Of a stretch of DNA of 37,172 bases, positions 35,447-37,172 are shown piece by piece. The notes beneath the pieces are model-generated. The model was not told the DNA's origin. It saw only the letters and a list, made by a program, of their open reading frames with translations, and searched no databases. The position numbers and the translations under genes were made by a program. Location of the stretch: the NCBI GenBank assembly GCA_018303825.1, contig JAGVXK010000002.1, positions 1 through 37,172 on the forward strand, in the 5' to 3' direction. This stretch comes from Candidatus Pacearchaeota archaeon (GTDB taxonomy: Archaea > Nanobdellota > Nanobdellia > Pacearchaeales > GW2011-AR1). Each line of letters starts with the position of its first letter. Positions within the stretch are counted from its first letter, which is position 1.

Positions 35447-36070
35447 ATGTTGCTTCGGCTCCACGATATAAAAAGAATGCATGCATCTCTTGTTGGTCCG
35501 GAGAATCTTACTGCATCTACAATAGATTGTTCAAATACTATATTATATGGAAGAAGCATTTCTCTTTATGACCCTCTGAAGAGGCTGGAGTTCTCATTCG
35601 AGAAAGATGAGGATAAATACAATGCAATTGTGGAGATTTTTTCTTTGCGTAGGGAAGCTTTCAAGGGGCTATCAAAGGTATTTTCTGACAATCTCTTCAA
35701 AGAGGAATATTTGAAAAATATCGGTTTTTTCAACCCAATCGATAAAAATGGTATTGGATATATTGTGGATGACCATAACCGGGCCCTGTTCGCTTTTAAT
35801 CGGGCAGTACGTACCGACGAAGAGGATGATTTAAAATATATGGTGCTACAGATAATGATGGGCGACGGCGGAGCCATATCGAGGCAATTTAATCCAGATT
35901 CCTCGGAGCAGTTTGTAAAGGAAACATCTCTTTTTAGAGATATCGCGAATTTATATCTCCATTCTATTTACTCTCTTTGTAAAATGAAACATCCAAAGTT
36001 CTTCTATGATCCTGTCAAAAGAGTTGTTTTAACACCTTATTTTCCATCTAAACCATTTGTAAGGCAGTGA
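35447..36070 (+). CDS. Hypothetical protein
   Basis: 207-aa ORF, no motif recognised. Confidence 0.55.
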   Translation: MLLRLHDIKRMHASLVGPENLTASTIDCSNTILYGRSISLYDPLKRLEFSFEKDEDKYNAIVEIFSLRREAFKGLSKVFSDNLFKEEYLKNIGFFNPIDKNGIGYIVDDHNRALFAFNRAVRTDEEDDLKYMVLQIMMGDGGAISRQFNPDSSEQFVKETSLFRDIANLYLHSIYSLCKMKHPKFFYDPVKRVVLTPYFPSKPFVRQ

Positions 36071-36138
36071 TTTTTCAGATTAAGATTCTAAGAATTATCT
36101 TTAATAATGTTTAAATAACTAAGCCAGTTTACGCCATA

Positions 36139-36753
36139 ATGACTTTTATATTGATGAAATTACCCTACGCATATGATGCATTGGAGCCGTTCATAGATGC
36201 GAAAACAATGGAGATACATCATTCCAAGCATCATCAGGCATATGTTGATAATTTGAACAAGGCAGTTGCAGGAAAGACAGATTTAGAGAGCAAGAAAGTA
36301 GGGGAATTATTGATGGATTTAAATAAAGTTCCTGAAGATATCCGAATTCAGGTAAGAAATAATGGCGGAGGAGTGTTCAATCATAACTTTTTCTGGGAAG
36401 TAATGACTGATAATGTTAAACCCCGAGAGTTTACAGGAAAAATAGCAGAGGCAATAAAGAAAGATTTCGGAAGTTTTGAAAAATTCAAGGAATTGTTTTC
36501 GGATGTTGCGATGAAAAGATTTGGTTCTGGATGGGCGTGGCTTGTTTTAAATAAGGGCAAGTTGGAAATTTACAGCACGGCAAATCAGGATTCTCCGATA
36601 AGCGAGGGAAAATATCCTTTGCTATGCATTGATGTCTGGGAGCATTCATATTATCTCAAATGGCAAAATAAAAGGAAAGATTACGTTGATTCATGGTTTA
36701 ATATCATAAATTGGAAGAAGGTTGAAGAGAATTATGAGAATTCTCTGAAGTAA
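36139..36753 (+). CDS. sodA: Fe/Mn superoxide dismutase (Mn-like signature)
   Basis: [38 protein letters not shown]. Confidence 0.95.
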   Translation: MTFILMKLPYAYDALEPFIDAKTMEIHHSKHHQAYVDNLNKAVAGKTDLESKKVGELLMDLNKVPEDIRIQVRNNGGGVFNHNFFWEVMTDNVKPREFTGKIAEAIKKDFGSFEKFKELFSDVAMKRFGSGWAWLVLNKGKLEIYSTANQDSPISEGKYPLLCIDVWEHSYYLKWQNKRKDYVDSWFNIINWKKVEENYENSLK

Positions 36754-37045
36754 ATCCGTAATTATATAGAGAACTAATTCCTGCTACAAGCATTCCCGTG
36801 GCAGCTTCTGCTTGGTTGTTAGTTGCAAATCCGCTAATTGCCCAATAAATTCCCCCAGCATACATCATATCTCCAAGAGGATATGTCAAGTCATCAATTA
36901 CCTTTCCAATAGTTTCTACTGTATTTGGATGCCTTATCAGCCATTCTTCTAATCTACCTTCCATGCTTTTTTCTTCTAACCAGTTGTTCAGCTTTTCTCC
37001 AAACCTTTGCTCAAGAGGCAGTTTTGGTATGTATATCTTTCCCAT
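36704..37045 (-). CDS. Small membrane-associated hypothetical protein
   Basis: 113 aa; 50-bp convergent overlap with SOD. Confidence 0.5.
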   Translation of the reverse strand: MGKIYIPKLPLEQRFGEKLNNWLEEKSMEGRLEEWLIRHPNTVETIGKVIDDLTYPLGDMMYAGGIYWAISGFATNNQAEAATGMLVAGISSLYNYGFTSENSHNSLQPSSNL

Positions 37046-37172
37046 TTTAATCTCCCCTTCATTGAAATTTCAGTATTTAAATGTTAGCAAGAAATCCGTT
37101 AAGCTTTAGCTAACGGATGAATTGCGTACTTATTTATTCTAAAAAATATTACTTTCAGGGAGAGTTTGTTGC

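Noticed and set aside
1-37172. tRNA, rRNA or transposase genes
   Set aside because: No cloverleaf/T-loop context, rRNA-like sequence, or DDE/Y1/TnpB motifs recognised by eye

Overview
37 kb of low-GC archaeal chromosome. A DPANN origin (Pacearchaeota/Woesearchaeota-like) is inferred from FEN1, V4R plus a KaiC-like ATPase, Trm5-family methylase, pyruvoyl arginine decarboxylase, a Pol II-like PolB and BRE/TATA promoters. Housekeeping genes (polB, fen1, SSB/RPA, SOD, HerA-like ATPase, DsbA-like protein) are interleaved with at least six toxin-antitoxin modules and a divergent cluster of paralogous multi-pass membrane proteins. The main find is the 10.98-19.34 kb accessory region. Its intergenic DNA is built from a family of structured repeats containing ten Xer/dif-like cores (arm-TAA-N6-TTA/CTA-arm). 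These cores sit in two fold-back units with clear compensatory base changes. Repeat identity switches partners exactly at the arms, one unit carries a whole TA operon in its variable loop, and cargo genes lie between the sites. This resembles a non-canonical integron/pdif/IMEX-like cassette array; no recombinase is encoded in the window. Other notable items: a HEPN-MNT island bounded by a 36-bp duplication of the fen1 3' end, a prenyl-diphosphate-synthase-fold enzyme lacking IPP-binding residues and coupled to a small peptide, a PurA homologue with an altered nucleotide pocket, and a frameshifted homoserine dehydrogenase. No tRNA, rRNA or CRISPR array was seen. Family assignments come from motif recognition by eye, not database searches.
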